From Candidatus Hydrogenedentota bacterium (lineage in GTDB: Bacteria > Hydrogenedentota > Hydrogenedentia > Hydrogenedentales > JAEUWI01), in the NCBI GenBank assembly GCA_034669905.1, contig JAXMOL010000017.1, forward strand, positions 72,766 through 136,765: DNA of 64,000 nt. The letters are read 5' to 3'. The first letter of the stretch is position 1. Every line of letters starts with the position of its first letter. This document shows positions 1 through 8,369 of the stretch, piece after piece. The notes under the pieces were generated by a model that ran no database searches, had not been told where the DNA came from, and saw only the letters and a list, made by a program, of their open reading frames with translations. The translations under genes were made by a program, and so were the position numbers.

Positions 1-325
1 ACATGCCGGTCAGACGAGATAAGACGACCGCACGGATTACTTCGCCGACGCGCCCGGGCAGGGTAAAGTTTCCCAGGAAGCCAATCTGCGTTGCGCTGAA
101 CATGGCGCGAAAGGACACGGGCTGCGCCGTGCGGACAATGTAACCCCAGCGCCTGATACGGGTCAGGAAAGTGATGAATACCAGGGAGAATGAAAGGGCG
201 AGCCACCACCAATTGGCTTCACGGAGGGCGTGGCCCACCGCTGGCCAGTCGGTATCGTGAAACAGGAGCCAGATAAGGTAGGCACCTATTGCAAATCCAA
301 TGATGATCTGTATTTTCTTTTTCAT
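1..325 (-). CDS. Lysylphosphatidylglycerol synthase TM-region (UPF0104/flippase-like) membrane protein; runs off the left edge
   Basis: Manual translation from ATG at 325: MKKKIQIIIGFAIGAYLIWLLFHDTDWPAV...RIRRWGYIV...IGFLGNFTLPGRVGEVIRA. The N-x-x-P-GRxGExxR motif is typical of this family. Not in the ORF track because it is truncated. Confidence 0.8.
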   Translation of the reverse strand, partial: MKKKIQIIIGFAIGAYLIWLLFHDTDWPAVGHALREANWWWLALSFSLVFITFLTRIRRWGYIVRTAQPVSFRAMFSATQIGFLGNFTLPGRVGEVIRAVVLSRLTGM

Positions 326-652
326 GCAGGGCTTTCCGGGGTTAAGGCGGGGCGAGTATAGCACAGGGATCGCCATCGCGTTAAGGAAAGCCCCCGATTT
401 CGGCCGTCGCCCTGGCTAATTGGCGTGCCGTTGAAGGGCGATACCGCGTTCCACGCGCGTTCGTCCACGAGACTCCTGGAATGAAGGTATCCGCTCCCCG
501 AAAAAGAAAGACATCCAAATCAATCCGTACGCGATGGTCCCAGGCCAACAGGGTTCCTTGCCCACGAAACCTCGCGTAACTTGCCCTCCCTCTCCTGCGG
601 CCCGTAGTGGGCGGGGCGGGCTTTTACCTGATACATGCGCGGAAGGGGACCC

Positions 653-1063
653 TTACTTCAGCTTCGTGGCGCCTACAATGCGTATGTGACTCGTGGCGGT
701 ACGCTCCCGCTTGTCTTCCACATCGCGCATGAGGCTCACGGCACTGGATACGGGCGGCTTTGGCGGGGGAGGTGGGGCCTTCGTAATGTCTTCGGCGGCG
801 TCGTTCAGGATGCTCAGCAATTCCAACTGGCAGGTAAGGCAGAATTCGGAATCGACCATGGCGCGGTTTTTCCGACACCGAATGCAGGGCCCCGCTCCTG
901 CCAGGTAATCTACCTCCTCGTCCGCGTTCACCGGCTTCTTATCTGCCTCCGTGGGCGCGGGCTTCTCCGACACCTGGGGCACCGCCGCATCACGGCAGGA
1001 ACGACAGGTCGTTACCCCCTTCGATGCATCGATGAGTTTTCCACAGACATCACAGTGAATCAT
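653..1063 (-). CDS. Hypothetical protein with four CxxC pairs (two putative zinc ribbons) and a Pro-rich linker
   Basis: Motifs CDVC, CRSC, CIRC, CLTC. The start overlaps the end of coaE. Confidence 0.7.
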   Translation of the reverse strand: MIHCDVCGKLIDASKGVTTCRSCRDAAVPQVSEKPAPTEADKKPVNADEEVDYLAGAGPCIRCRKNRAMVDSEFCLTCQLELLSILNDAAEDITKAPPPPPKPPVSSAVSLMRDVEDKRERTATSHIRIVGATKLK

Positions 1064-1673
1064 GGTCGTTTGGCGCTTTCATTGCGTGCAACGCCCGGGC
1101 CACTTCATCCACTTGTTGATGTAGTGCCTCCAGCGTGCTGTTGTTTTCCAGGACCCAATGGGCCAGTTTTCGTTTTGACTCGGGGTCTACCTGGGCGCGA
1201 ACGCGCTCCCAGGCGGTTTCGGGGGCCATACCCCGGTCGGCGATCAGTCGGGCCACGCGATCGGCCTCTGGACAACTGACCAGAACCAGACAGTCCAGCC
1301 ACGGCTCGCGGCTACCACGGTCGCCGAGCAAGGCGGCGTCCACCATACAGACGGGTCTGCCGGCTTCAGCATGGATAGCGCAACGGGCAGCAATGGCCTG
1401 GGCAATCCGGGGTTTCATAATTCTGTTCAACCTTGCGAGGGCCTGGGGATCAGCGAAAACCCGTGCGCCCAATCGCTCTCGAACAATTTTACCACATGAA
1501 CGGATATCTTCGCCGAAAGCAGCGATGACCTCGGCCTCCGCGTCGCCCCCGGGTGCAATGAGTTCGTGGCCGATTCGGTCGGCATCGATAACGGGTATTT
1601 CGTGGTATTCGAAGCGGCGGGCCGCCGTAGATTTTCCGGCACCCGTACCGCCGGTAAGTCCTGCGATAATCAT
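1050..1673 (-). CDS. coaE: Dephospho-CoA kinase
   Basis: N-terminal GLTGGTGAGKST P-loop, VIDAD, LGARVFADP and typical length (207 aa). Confidence 0.95.
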   Translation of the reverse strand: MIIAGLTGGTGAGKSTAARRFEYHEIPVIDADRIGHELIAPGGDAEAEVIAAFGEDIRSCGKIVRERLGARVFADPQALARLNRIMKPRIAQAIAARCAIHAEAGRPVCMVDAALLGDRGSREPWLDCLVLVSCPEADRVARLIADRGMAPETAWERVRAQVDPESKRKLAHWVLENNSTLEALHQQVDEVARALHAMKAPNDHDSL

Positions 1674-1798
1674 GGCTTCTCCCCGGTCAGCTTACACCAA
1701 CGGAACAGGGCCGATCACCTGTGCGCCCCCCATCGCGCAGTTTGACATCTTACGCTGCGAGGGCAAACAATGGGGTCCGTTAATGTTGGAGTACACGC

Positions 1799-2515
1799 AT
1801 GCAAACTAATCCCCCTTTCCCGGTCTCGGTGGCCTTCCCTGAAGTGTATTACACCACCCCGTTGGTTGCGAAGCTGCAGCAACGCCTTGACCTGACCTTG
1901 CACCCCCTGGCCCCTGCCCAACTGGACGCATCGGCCTTGCAGCAGCACGGTTGCGTGCTGCTTTCCCCCGCGGCCCTGTTGGCTGTTTCTGAAATTCGAC
2001 TACTCCCCGGCATGGGGGTTTCGGCCCATGGTGCCACGGGTACAGAACGGTTGCTCAGTTCCGCGCCACTGGAGGAGATTGTCGACGTCCAGGTCCACCC
2101 CGACGCGGCCCATCTGCTGCCCCTTCTGGAATTGCTCTACCTGGCACGGGATCTCACGCCCCCGACGCCCGTGCCCTATGACGCGGGAGCCACGGCGCCC
2201 CTGTTGTGCAGTGGGGATGTGGGCCGGGCGCTCGGTGACCGGGAAGGCCACGACCTCGGGGAGCTGTGGCACGCGTTAACGGAGCTGCCCCTCGTATTGG
2301 GAGTCTGGGCCTGTGCCCCCGGTGCGCCGTACCGGATGTTGCGCACGGTCCTGGCGACTGCCGCGCGCGAAGGGACGGTCGAGGAGGATGGTGACGCCGG
2401 GTTACTCCACCACGAGCTACTCAGCCGGGAGTCGGACAGCATCCGGGCCTTCCACACGCTGGCGGTCAGCCACGGCCGCGCTGAAGCCAGTTCGGAAGCC
2501 ATTGTTTTTTGCTAG
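1799..2515 (+). CDS. MqnA/MqnD (futalosine pathway, periplasmic-binding fold) family protein, divergent
   Basis: DLGELWHALTELPLVLGVWA matches the MqnA DLGxxWxxxTGLPFVFAxW motif. Other conserved motifs are degenerate. Confidence 0.7.
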   Translation: MQTNPPFPVSVAFPEVYYTTPLVAKLQQRLDLTLHPLAPAQLDASALQQHGCVLLSPAALLAVSEIRLLPGMGVSAHGATGTERLLSSAPLEEIVDVQVHPDAAHLLPLLELLYLARDLTPPTPVPYDAGATAPLLCSGDVGRALGDREGHDLGELWHALTELPLVLGVWACAPGAPYRMLRTVLATAAREGTVEEDGDAGLLHHELLSRESDSIRAFHTLAVSHGRAEASSEAIVFC

Positions 2516-5045
2516 CACGCCCTTTTTCTTCGGGCGCGCCCGGCGACAGGGTGAGCTCAAAATTTGCGGCCGACGTTTTCACCGCCGGGAAGACCTGCAC
2601 GACCACCCCATCGGATTCCTGCGCGGTCTCAATGCGAATGGGCACAGCCCCTTCCGGCAGTTCGAAACGGCCTTGCAGCGGCCCCGGGTCACGCTTCAGA
2701 CGCAGGTAAATGGACGTGAGTTCTACGGGAACATCCATGGAGAATCGAATGGTCGCGCCGAATGGGGCATCGTGGTTTACCTGCAGATAGACCTGCCCAA
2801 AGCCACGGGGCGTAATGAGTGTATGGGATTTGCCATCGTCACCGTGTCGGACGTCTGGCCGGAGGAGCAAGCGCCTGGCACCAATCCGCATCTGGACCAC
2901 CGGCTGCGCCACGAAGAGATACCAAGGTGCCAACTGGCTGATGTGCGAGGAGGCCCCTTCCGCTTGCTGAAAGCATCGTGTGAGGAGGGGTTCGGTTTCC
3001 CGGTAGACCTGGTGGAAGGACTCCCGGTGTAAGCGGACACACAGATAGGGCACGATGCGGTACCACGGCCCTGCCGAAGCGCCGGTGGTGGATGGCCCTC
3101 CTTCAGGCCAGGCCAGGGATGAAAGCCCCTCCTCGTGCAGATTAAGTCGTTTTATGGCGGCGAGCACCCGAGCGACCTGCTTCTCGGGCAGGACGTTTTC
3201 CAGGCCCAACACGTCGGCCATCCACACCGCCGTCAACTGACCAGGATGGCAGGCCGTGTTCAGGGACGGACCATTGGCCGACGGGGGCGTGTCAGCGGGA
3301 TAGAGGGTGTAATAGCCGTGGCTCTCGTTCCAGAAGTACCGTTCAAAGTGTTGGGCCGCACGCTCTCGGGCCCGGGCGTAGAGGGGCGTCGGTGCCATAC
3401 GCTTCATGGCGACCAGGGCTTCGCAGGCATGGAGGGCAACCAACCATATCCCGGCGGTAATCACGTTCAACCCCGAGGCAAAGGCGCCGTCGAGGCCCGG
3501 CTCTTCCGATTGGATGTCTGGAAAGCCGTCGAGATTCTTATCGTGCGCCAGGAGTTGGGCCATGACACGCTGGAGGTGGGGCACCAGCTGGGAAATAGCG
3601 GGCAGGTTTCCGCTATAGAGGTAGTTCCGGAAGGCCGTGAGCACCAGAGACGCGCCAACCTCAACCTGGGCCGCGCCAAAGCCCACGTATTCGGGGTCAT
3701 CCAGCCGCCCCATGCCCTCGCTCAAGAGGAGCCCCTGGGGGTCTTGCAGCACCGAGCGACCGATCCGCTCCAGGGTTTCCATCTCCAGGCGCGGATAAAA
3801 CAGTAGGAGGGGCAAGGAACTGTGCCAGCGATCCCGCAGATAATTCACCCGCGGGTCAGCGCTTCCCTGAACAAGCCCGAAGGCCCCACTGCGCGCATGG
3901 AGGGCGTGCTCGCTGAGCACGTTGCAACTCCCGATAATGGGACGTACCAACTCCCAGGGGTAACCGGTTGTGCCCAGACGCTGACGCCAGGCCGAGACAG
4001 AGGCGTGATAGTAGGTGCCGTTGACCAGGCCTTTTTTCGCGATGGACAGGGCATCGGGGCTGCCATTCGCATAGTAGTTTCCCTGATCCGCGCCGCCCAC
4101 CACATATCGGGGCGCATACCAACTGATCACAAATTCGATCGTTTGTTTTTCCCCGGGCGCGAGGCGAACACGGTGACACAAGGCACCACAACGGGATACC
4201 CCTCCCCCATCTGGCCCATCGGCGAAGGCGCCATCCCGCGCCAGTTCACCCCAGAACGCCGATGCAGACTCCCCTTCTTCGGGGTCCCAGACCCGATGAC
4301 TGATAGCCGCGCGATCATTCCAACGGGTGACGAGACCATATTGGCTGTCGGCGTTCTCTTCCATTTCGTGCAGGGTATTGAAGAGGAGCGCATTGGGCGC
4401 AATATCGCCCTCGAAATAGGTTTTGTCCTTTCCTTTCGACACCTTCCCCGTGCCCGAATGGAGCCGTCGCTCGTTGTCCCCTTCGCGATTTTGCTTGGCA
4501 TTCTCCCAGTCGTCTTCCGTTACCACCACATGGCGCGCGATGGGTGGCAGTCGGTCGGGCACCTGCTCGTCGGACTGACCACACATATTTTGCCAGTTCA
4601 ACACGGCAGAAACGTCTTGTGGAAGGTCGGAATGGTTGCTCACCTGGAAGGCGATGAAGATGACTGGAAGGGCCGACGCCTCGTAGTCGTAGGGCACGAA
4701 GGGGGCGTAGATGCCGAAGGTAATGTCGACCGGGCACGTGGGATCGAGAACGCGGCAGTCGGCCTGGGGAAAATCGCCCCGAAATGCGAGTCCCGATGGT
4801 GGCAGTACGTGCTGGGAATCCTGGCCGGCCAGGGGCGTCTGGAGGCGACGCAGGTAGACGTCGTCCCCCTGGGCCACGCGCACCGCGAGAAAGGAATGGG
4901 GCGAAAGGGGAATCCCGCCGACAGGATTTCGGTTGTTGTTGAGTCGAAGGGACCGAAAGCGGCCATCTTCACAAAACGACAGGGTTCCGGTACCCAATCC
5001 GCCCATGGAAACGGCGCGGTATCGTTGGTCTTCCTTCGGCGGCAC
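2466..5045 (-). CDS. GH116 (GBA2-like glucosylceramidase/beta-glucosidase) family protein, divergent; start GTG 5045 or 5102
   Basis: MGGLGTGT N-terminus, APFVPYDYEASALPV, FVISWYAP, GNYYA, LFYPRLE, DKNLDGFPD and FWNESHGYY in GH116 order. Confidence 0.85.
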   Translation of the reverse strand: MPPKEDQRYRAVSMGGLGTGTLSFCEDGRFRSLRLNNNRNPVGGIPLSPHSFLAVRVAQGDDVYLRRLQTPLAGQDSQHVLPPSGLAFRGDFPQADCRVLDPTCPVDITFGIYAPFVPYDYEASALPVIFIAFQVSNHSDLPQDVSAVLNWQNMCGQSDEQVPDRLPPIARHVVVTEDDWENAKQNREGDNERRLHSGTGKVSKGKDKTYFEGDIAPNALLFNTLHEMEENADSQYGLVTRWNDRAAISHRVWDPEEGESASAFWGELARDGAFADGPDGGGVSRCGALCHRVRLAPGEKQTIEFVISWYAPRYVVGGADQGNYYANGSPDALSIAKKGLVNGTYYHASVSAWRQRLGTTGYPWELVRPIIGSCNVLSEHALHARSGAFGLVQGSADPRVNYLRDRWHSSLPLLLFYPRLEMETLERIGRSVLQDPQGLLLSEGMGRLDDPEYVGFGAAQVEVGASLVLTAFRNYLYSGNLPAISQLVPHLQRVMAQLLAHDKNLDGFPDIQSEEPGLDGAFASGLNVITAGIWLVALHACEALVAMKRMAPTPLYARARERAAQHFERYFWNESHGYYTLYPADTPPSANGPSLNTACHPGQLTAVWMADVLGLENVLPEKQVARVLAAIKRLNLHEEGLSSLAWPEGGPSTTGASAGPWYRIVPYLCVRLHRESFHQVYRETEPLLTRCFQQAEGASSHISQLAPWYLFVAQPVVQMRIGARRLLLRPDVRHGDDGKSHTLITPRGFGQVYLQVNHDAPFGATIRFSMDVPVELTSIYLRLKRDPGPLQGRFELPEGAVPIRIETAQESDGVVVQVFPAVKTSAANFELTLSPGAPEEKGRASKKQWLPNWLQRGRG

Positions 5046-5113
5046 TTGGGGGATTCCCCTGACGTAGCTGGCGACCCACCGTGGGGCACACCCCCGGGTC
5101 ACGGACGGCAGCC

Positions 5114-5142
5114 ATTATAGGCGCATAGACGCAAAACCGCAA
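5114..5142 (-). promoter_or_regulatory. Putative sigma70 promoter for the GH116 gene
   Basis: The minus strand reads TTGCGG-N17-TATAAT. Confidence 0.6.
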
Positions 5143-5144
5143 TT

Positions 5145-5657
5145 TCACCGAGGGGAAGGCTGCACTTCGGGGGGGGACAGGTGCTTGGCCATGACGACGG
5201 CGTTCTCTCCCGTGGCCGCGTAGTACTTTTTTCGAACCCCGATCTCCTGAAATCCGGCGCGGGCATAGAGGGTGCGGGCCGCCACATTGCTCTCCCGCAC
5301 TTCCAGGCGGATGGTGGTCCCGCCGACCTCTTGTCCGTTGGCCTCCAGAAAGCCCATGAGGGCTCCGCCAAGGCCCGCGCGGCGATGGGCGGCGACCACG
5401 GTCAGTTTGGTGATGTGAATTTCATCCAACAGCAACCAGAATCCGCCGTAGGCGACCAGTGTGTCGTCGTGAAAAACGAGGAAAAAGTGGGAGGCGCCGT
5501 TGCGAATCTCCTGAAGAAACATGCCCTGCGTCCAGGGATCGGGATAGGCCTCGTGTTCGACGGGGAGAAGGAGCGGCAGGTGCTCTTTGGCAAGCGGCAC
5601 ATAGACCAGCGCGCTGATGTCGGTAACGTTTCCTTTGGGGTCAGACATGGGTGCCAA
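5145..5657 (-). CDS. rimI: Ribosomal protein S18 alanine N-acetyltransferase
   Basis: PW motif, EIHITKLTV, RRAGLG, LEVRESNVAARTLY, GVRKKYY; directly follows tsaB. Confidence 0.93.
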   Translation of the reverse strand: MAPMSDPKGNVTDISALVYVPLAKEHLPLLLPVEHEAYPDPWTQGMFLQEIRNGASHFFLVFHDDTLVAYGGFWLLLDEIHITKLTVVAAHRRAGLGGALMGFLEANGQEVGGTTIRLEVRESNVAARTLYARAGFQEIGVRKKYYAATGENAVVMAKHLSPPEVQPSPR

Positions 5658-5662
5658 CTCCC

Positions 5663-6391
5663 CTAGGTGGTCGTCTTTGCCTGCTTCTTGTCGCGGTTCA
5701 CCTCCGCCTGCGACTTCCGAAGATAGATGGGATTCACCTCGCCGCCGTCCGATGGGGCGCCGGCCGCGTGCAGGGCCAGGGCTTCCTGGGCGACCGTACT
5801 GGCCCGGGGGATGCCCAGGGTGGGTTCAGCGACCATGGCGGCTGGCCACTGGGCTTGAAAGCGATCTTGATAAAGGGTCGCCCCATCGCCCACGAGTCCC
5901 AGGGACTCAGGAGCAAAGGCGGGAAGGGCTTCGATTTCTGTGATCAGGTGTTCCGGCGAACAGGCGCAGGGGGCGATGACCTGCTGGCGTTTGCCCCCCT
6001 CGTATCGATACACCGCTGCGAAGACTTCCTTCATGCGCGCATCGAGCACGGCGGCCAGATAGCCCGGTGGCGGAAAGGCGCTGAGTCGGGTGAGGGCATC
6101 CAGGGTAGGGACGCCGATGAGGGGCAGCCCGTTGGCGAGTGCCAGCCCTTTCCAGGTGGCGGCACCGATGCGCAGGCCGGTAAAGGAACCGGGGCCAATG
6201 GAAACGGCCAGCAGATCGAGATCAGCAAGGGTTACGTGGGCCTCGGCTAACAACCAGTCAATGGTCGGAATGAGGCGCTCAGAGTGGAGACGCCCACCGG
6301 CGAGAACGGTCTCCGCGAGAATTTCAGTATCGCGACAGAGGGCAACGCTATTGGTCGCCGTACTCGTATCGGCGGCAAGCACGAGGGACAT
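5663..6391 (-). CDS. tsaB: tRNA t6A37 biosynthesis protein TsaB
   Basis: LAADTST, HSERL, GPGSFTGLRIG, DARMKEV, PIYLRKSQAE. Confidence 0.96.
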   Translation of the reverse strand: MSLVLAADTSTATNSVALCRDTEILAETVLAGGRLHSERLIPTIDWLLAEAHVTLADLDLLAVSIGPGSFTGLRIGAATWKGLALANGLPLIGVPTLDALTRLSAFPPPGYLAAVLDARMKEVFAAVYRYEGGKRQQVIAPCACSPEHLITEIEALPAFAPESLGLVGDGATLYQDRFQAQWPAAMVAEPTLGIPRASTVAQEALALHAAGAPSDGGEVNPIYLRKSQAEVNRDKKQAKTTT

Positions 6392-6399
6392 GGTATTCC

Positions 6400-6783
6400 T
6401 TAAAAGCTATCGGGTCTGGCAGGCGGCGTTGAATAGGAATCGGAGTTTTCAGACGGGCCTTCATAGCCGCCGTCGGCGTCCATGGCCTGGTCCAGAGGGA
6501 TGCCGTCCCCCTCGGCCACGAGCTCTTTCATGCGCTTGCCGGGTCGAAAGGTGACGACACGGCGCTCGGGCACCGGCACCTGATCGCCCGTTCGGGGATT
6601 GCGCCCGATGCGGGATGCGCGGGTTTTGACTTCGAAGACGCCGAAGTCGCGCAGCTCCCAGCGTTGACCGCTTGCCAGGGAGTGGGAAATGGTGTCGAAG
6701 GTCCCCTCGATAATCTTTGACACGTCACTCTGTGTCATTCCGAGTTTGTTGGCGACCCGAATTACGAGTTCGCGCTTTGTCAT
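6400..6783 (-). CDS. HU/IHF family DNA-binding protein with an acidic C-terminal tail
   Basis: MTKRELV...FGVFEVKTRASRIGRNPRTG...VTFRPGK. Likely start is ATG 6783. Confidence 0.93.
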   Translation of the reverse strand: MTKRELVIRVANKLGMTQSDVSKIIEGTFDTISHSLASGQRWELRDFGVFEVKTRASRIGRNPRTGDQVPVPERRVVTFRPGKRMKELVAEGDGIPLDQAMDADGGYEGPSENSDSYSTPPARPDSF

Positions 6784-6864
6784 CGTCACGGGGGAAACCC
6801 TCCTTCCAGGATGCTGAGAATGAGTCAAGGGCGCAAGAAATCTATGAAAAGATGATATTACCTC

Positions 6865-6893
6865 ATTATACGGGCTTCTCCCAGCGTTGGCAA
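6865..6893 (-). promoter_or_regulatory. Putative sigma70 promoter of the HU/IHF-tsaB-rimI operon
   Basis: The minus strand reads TTGCCA-N17-TATAAT. Confidence 0.7.
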
Positions 6894-7177
6894 GTCGTTT
6901 CGTAGTCGTAGCTTACCACCGCGGGCCCCTTCCGTCGCGGGAGACACGGTGCGCTGGTGGGCGAAAAACACCCCAAAAAGCGGGTAAAGGGGCCCGGCGG
7001 CGCCCCATTTTTACGTAAAGTCTTACTCAATAGACAGTTAGATCCGCTAGAAAATTCGCTTCACGCCGACGTCTTCAACGGGCGTTTTTCCCCCACCGCA
7101 TCCCCTACTTGCATCCGACACGGTCCCTTATGCGAATATCAGGGGATTGACGGGGTCTAACGTGGAGAAATGACCGC

Positions 7178-8299
7178 ATGGAATTATACGGAAAAGAATA
7201 TACAGTCAACGAATTACGGCAACGGGTCGGCAATATGGACCAGATTGCCGGGGTCCGCATTGTCCAGCTGGAGGACGGCAATGAGCGTCCGGGCCGTGCG
7301 GCCATTCTGCACACGGGCACGGGTCTGGAAGTGACCGTGTTGCTGGACCGGTGCCTCGACATCGCCTCCGCATCCTTCGAAGGGCAGGCCATGGGTTGGC
7401 GTTCCACGACGGGCGACGTGGCGCCCCAGTACTACGAAGCCGAAGGAATTCGATGGCTTCGCAGCTACTTCGGTGGACTGGTCACAACCTGTGGCCTGAA
7501 CAACGTGGGCGCGCCCGAGGAAGGCAGCGAACTTTCGGGGAATGGTCTCCATGGCCGTATTGGCAATACGCCGGCCCGCAACCTCAAGGTGACGCAGGAG
7601 TGGCAGGGCGAGGACTATGTTCTCTCTGTCGAAGGCACCATGCGCCAGACGGCCCTTTTCCACGAGAATCTGACGTTAACCCGGCGTGTACACACCAAAC
7701 TGGGCGCGAAGCAGTTTTGGATCGAAGATCGTATTACGAATGAAGGATTCAGCGACACGCCCTATATGCTCCTCTACCACTGCAATCTCGGATGGCCAGT
7801 CGTGGACGCCGGGTCGGAATTAATCGCTCCCAGCCGACAGGTGGCCCCGCGTGACGACATCGCCCGGGATGGCAAGGAAGACTGGAACCGCTTTGACGGG
7901 CCGCAACATGGCTACGCGGAGAAGGTTTACTTTCATGACATGGCGGCCGATTCCGACGGCTTTGTGACGGCTGCGATCGTAAACAGCGGCTTTGAGCGGG
8001 GCCGTGGCTTCGGTGCCTACGTGCGCTACAACCAGGACGCCCTCCCCCGCTTTACCGAGTGGAAAATGCTGGGCGAGCAGGACTATGTGGTGGGCCTCGA
8101 ACCCTGTAACTGCGGGGTGGAAGGCAAGAAAGTCGACGAAGAACAGGGGCTCCTTCGTTCGCTGGCTCCCGGTGAGGCCTGTTCGGTTACGCTGGAATTG
8201 GGTGCCATCACGACAGACGAAGAAGTCACCCAGCTTCGCAAGGAGAGCAGCGTCGTGACCCCCAAGCTGGTGGAACGCTACCAGGACTTTGGAAAGTAA
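7178..8299 (+). CDS. Aldose 1-epimerase-like protein (DUF4432 family)
   Basis: DRCLDI, FGGLVTTCGL, GLHGRI, LYHCNLG, YVVGLEP. Confidence 0.88.
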   Translation: MELYGKEYTVNELRQRVGNMDQIAGVRIVQLEDGNERPGRAAILHTGTGLEVTVLLDRCLDIASASFEGQAMGWRSTTGDVAPQYYEAEGIRWLRSYFGGLVTTCGLNNVGAPEEGSELSGNGLHGRIGNTPARNLKVTQEWQGEDYVLSVEGTMRQTALFHENLTLTRRVHTKLGAKQFWIEDRITNEGFSDTPYMLLYHCNLGWPVVDAGSELIAPSRQVAPRDDIARDGKEDWNRFDGPQHGYAEKVYFHDMAADSDGFVTAAIVNSGFERGRGFGAYVRYNQDALPRFTEWKMLGEQDYVVGLEPCNCGVEGKKVDEEQGLLRSLAPGEACSVTLELGAITTDEEVTQLRKESSVVTPKLVERYQDFGK

Positions 8300-8312
8300 T
8301 CTTCACGCGAAC

Positions 8313-8355
8313 AAAAACGCCGGGCGAAGCCGCAGAGGCCTCGTCCGGCGTTTTT
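8313..8355. terminator. Bidirectional intrinsic terminator between convergent genes
   Basis: AAAAACGCCGGGCGA...TCGTCCGGCGTTTTT hairpin flanked by A and T tracts. Confidence 0.75.
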
Positions 8356-8369
8356 CATGGTGTAGGAAA

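Noticed and set aside
326..652. A 327-bp intergenic region as a possible ncRNA (6S/SRP-like) or small ORF
   Set aside because: No recognisable conserved RNA motif or convincing long stem; only an extended -10 (TGcTATACT, minus strand) for the downstream gene.
3822..5120. Long antisense ORFs (for example 3822-5120, 11595-12659, 22768-23886, 57192-58793, 61374-62585)
   Set aside because: Shadow ORFs opposite well-supported genes, expected in high-GC DNA; no protein motifs.
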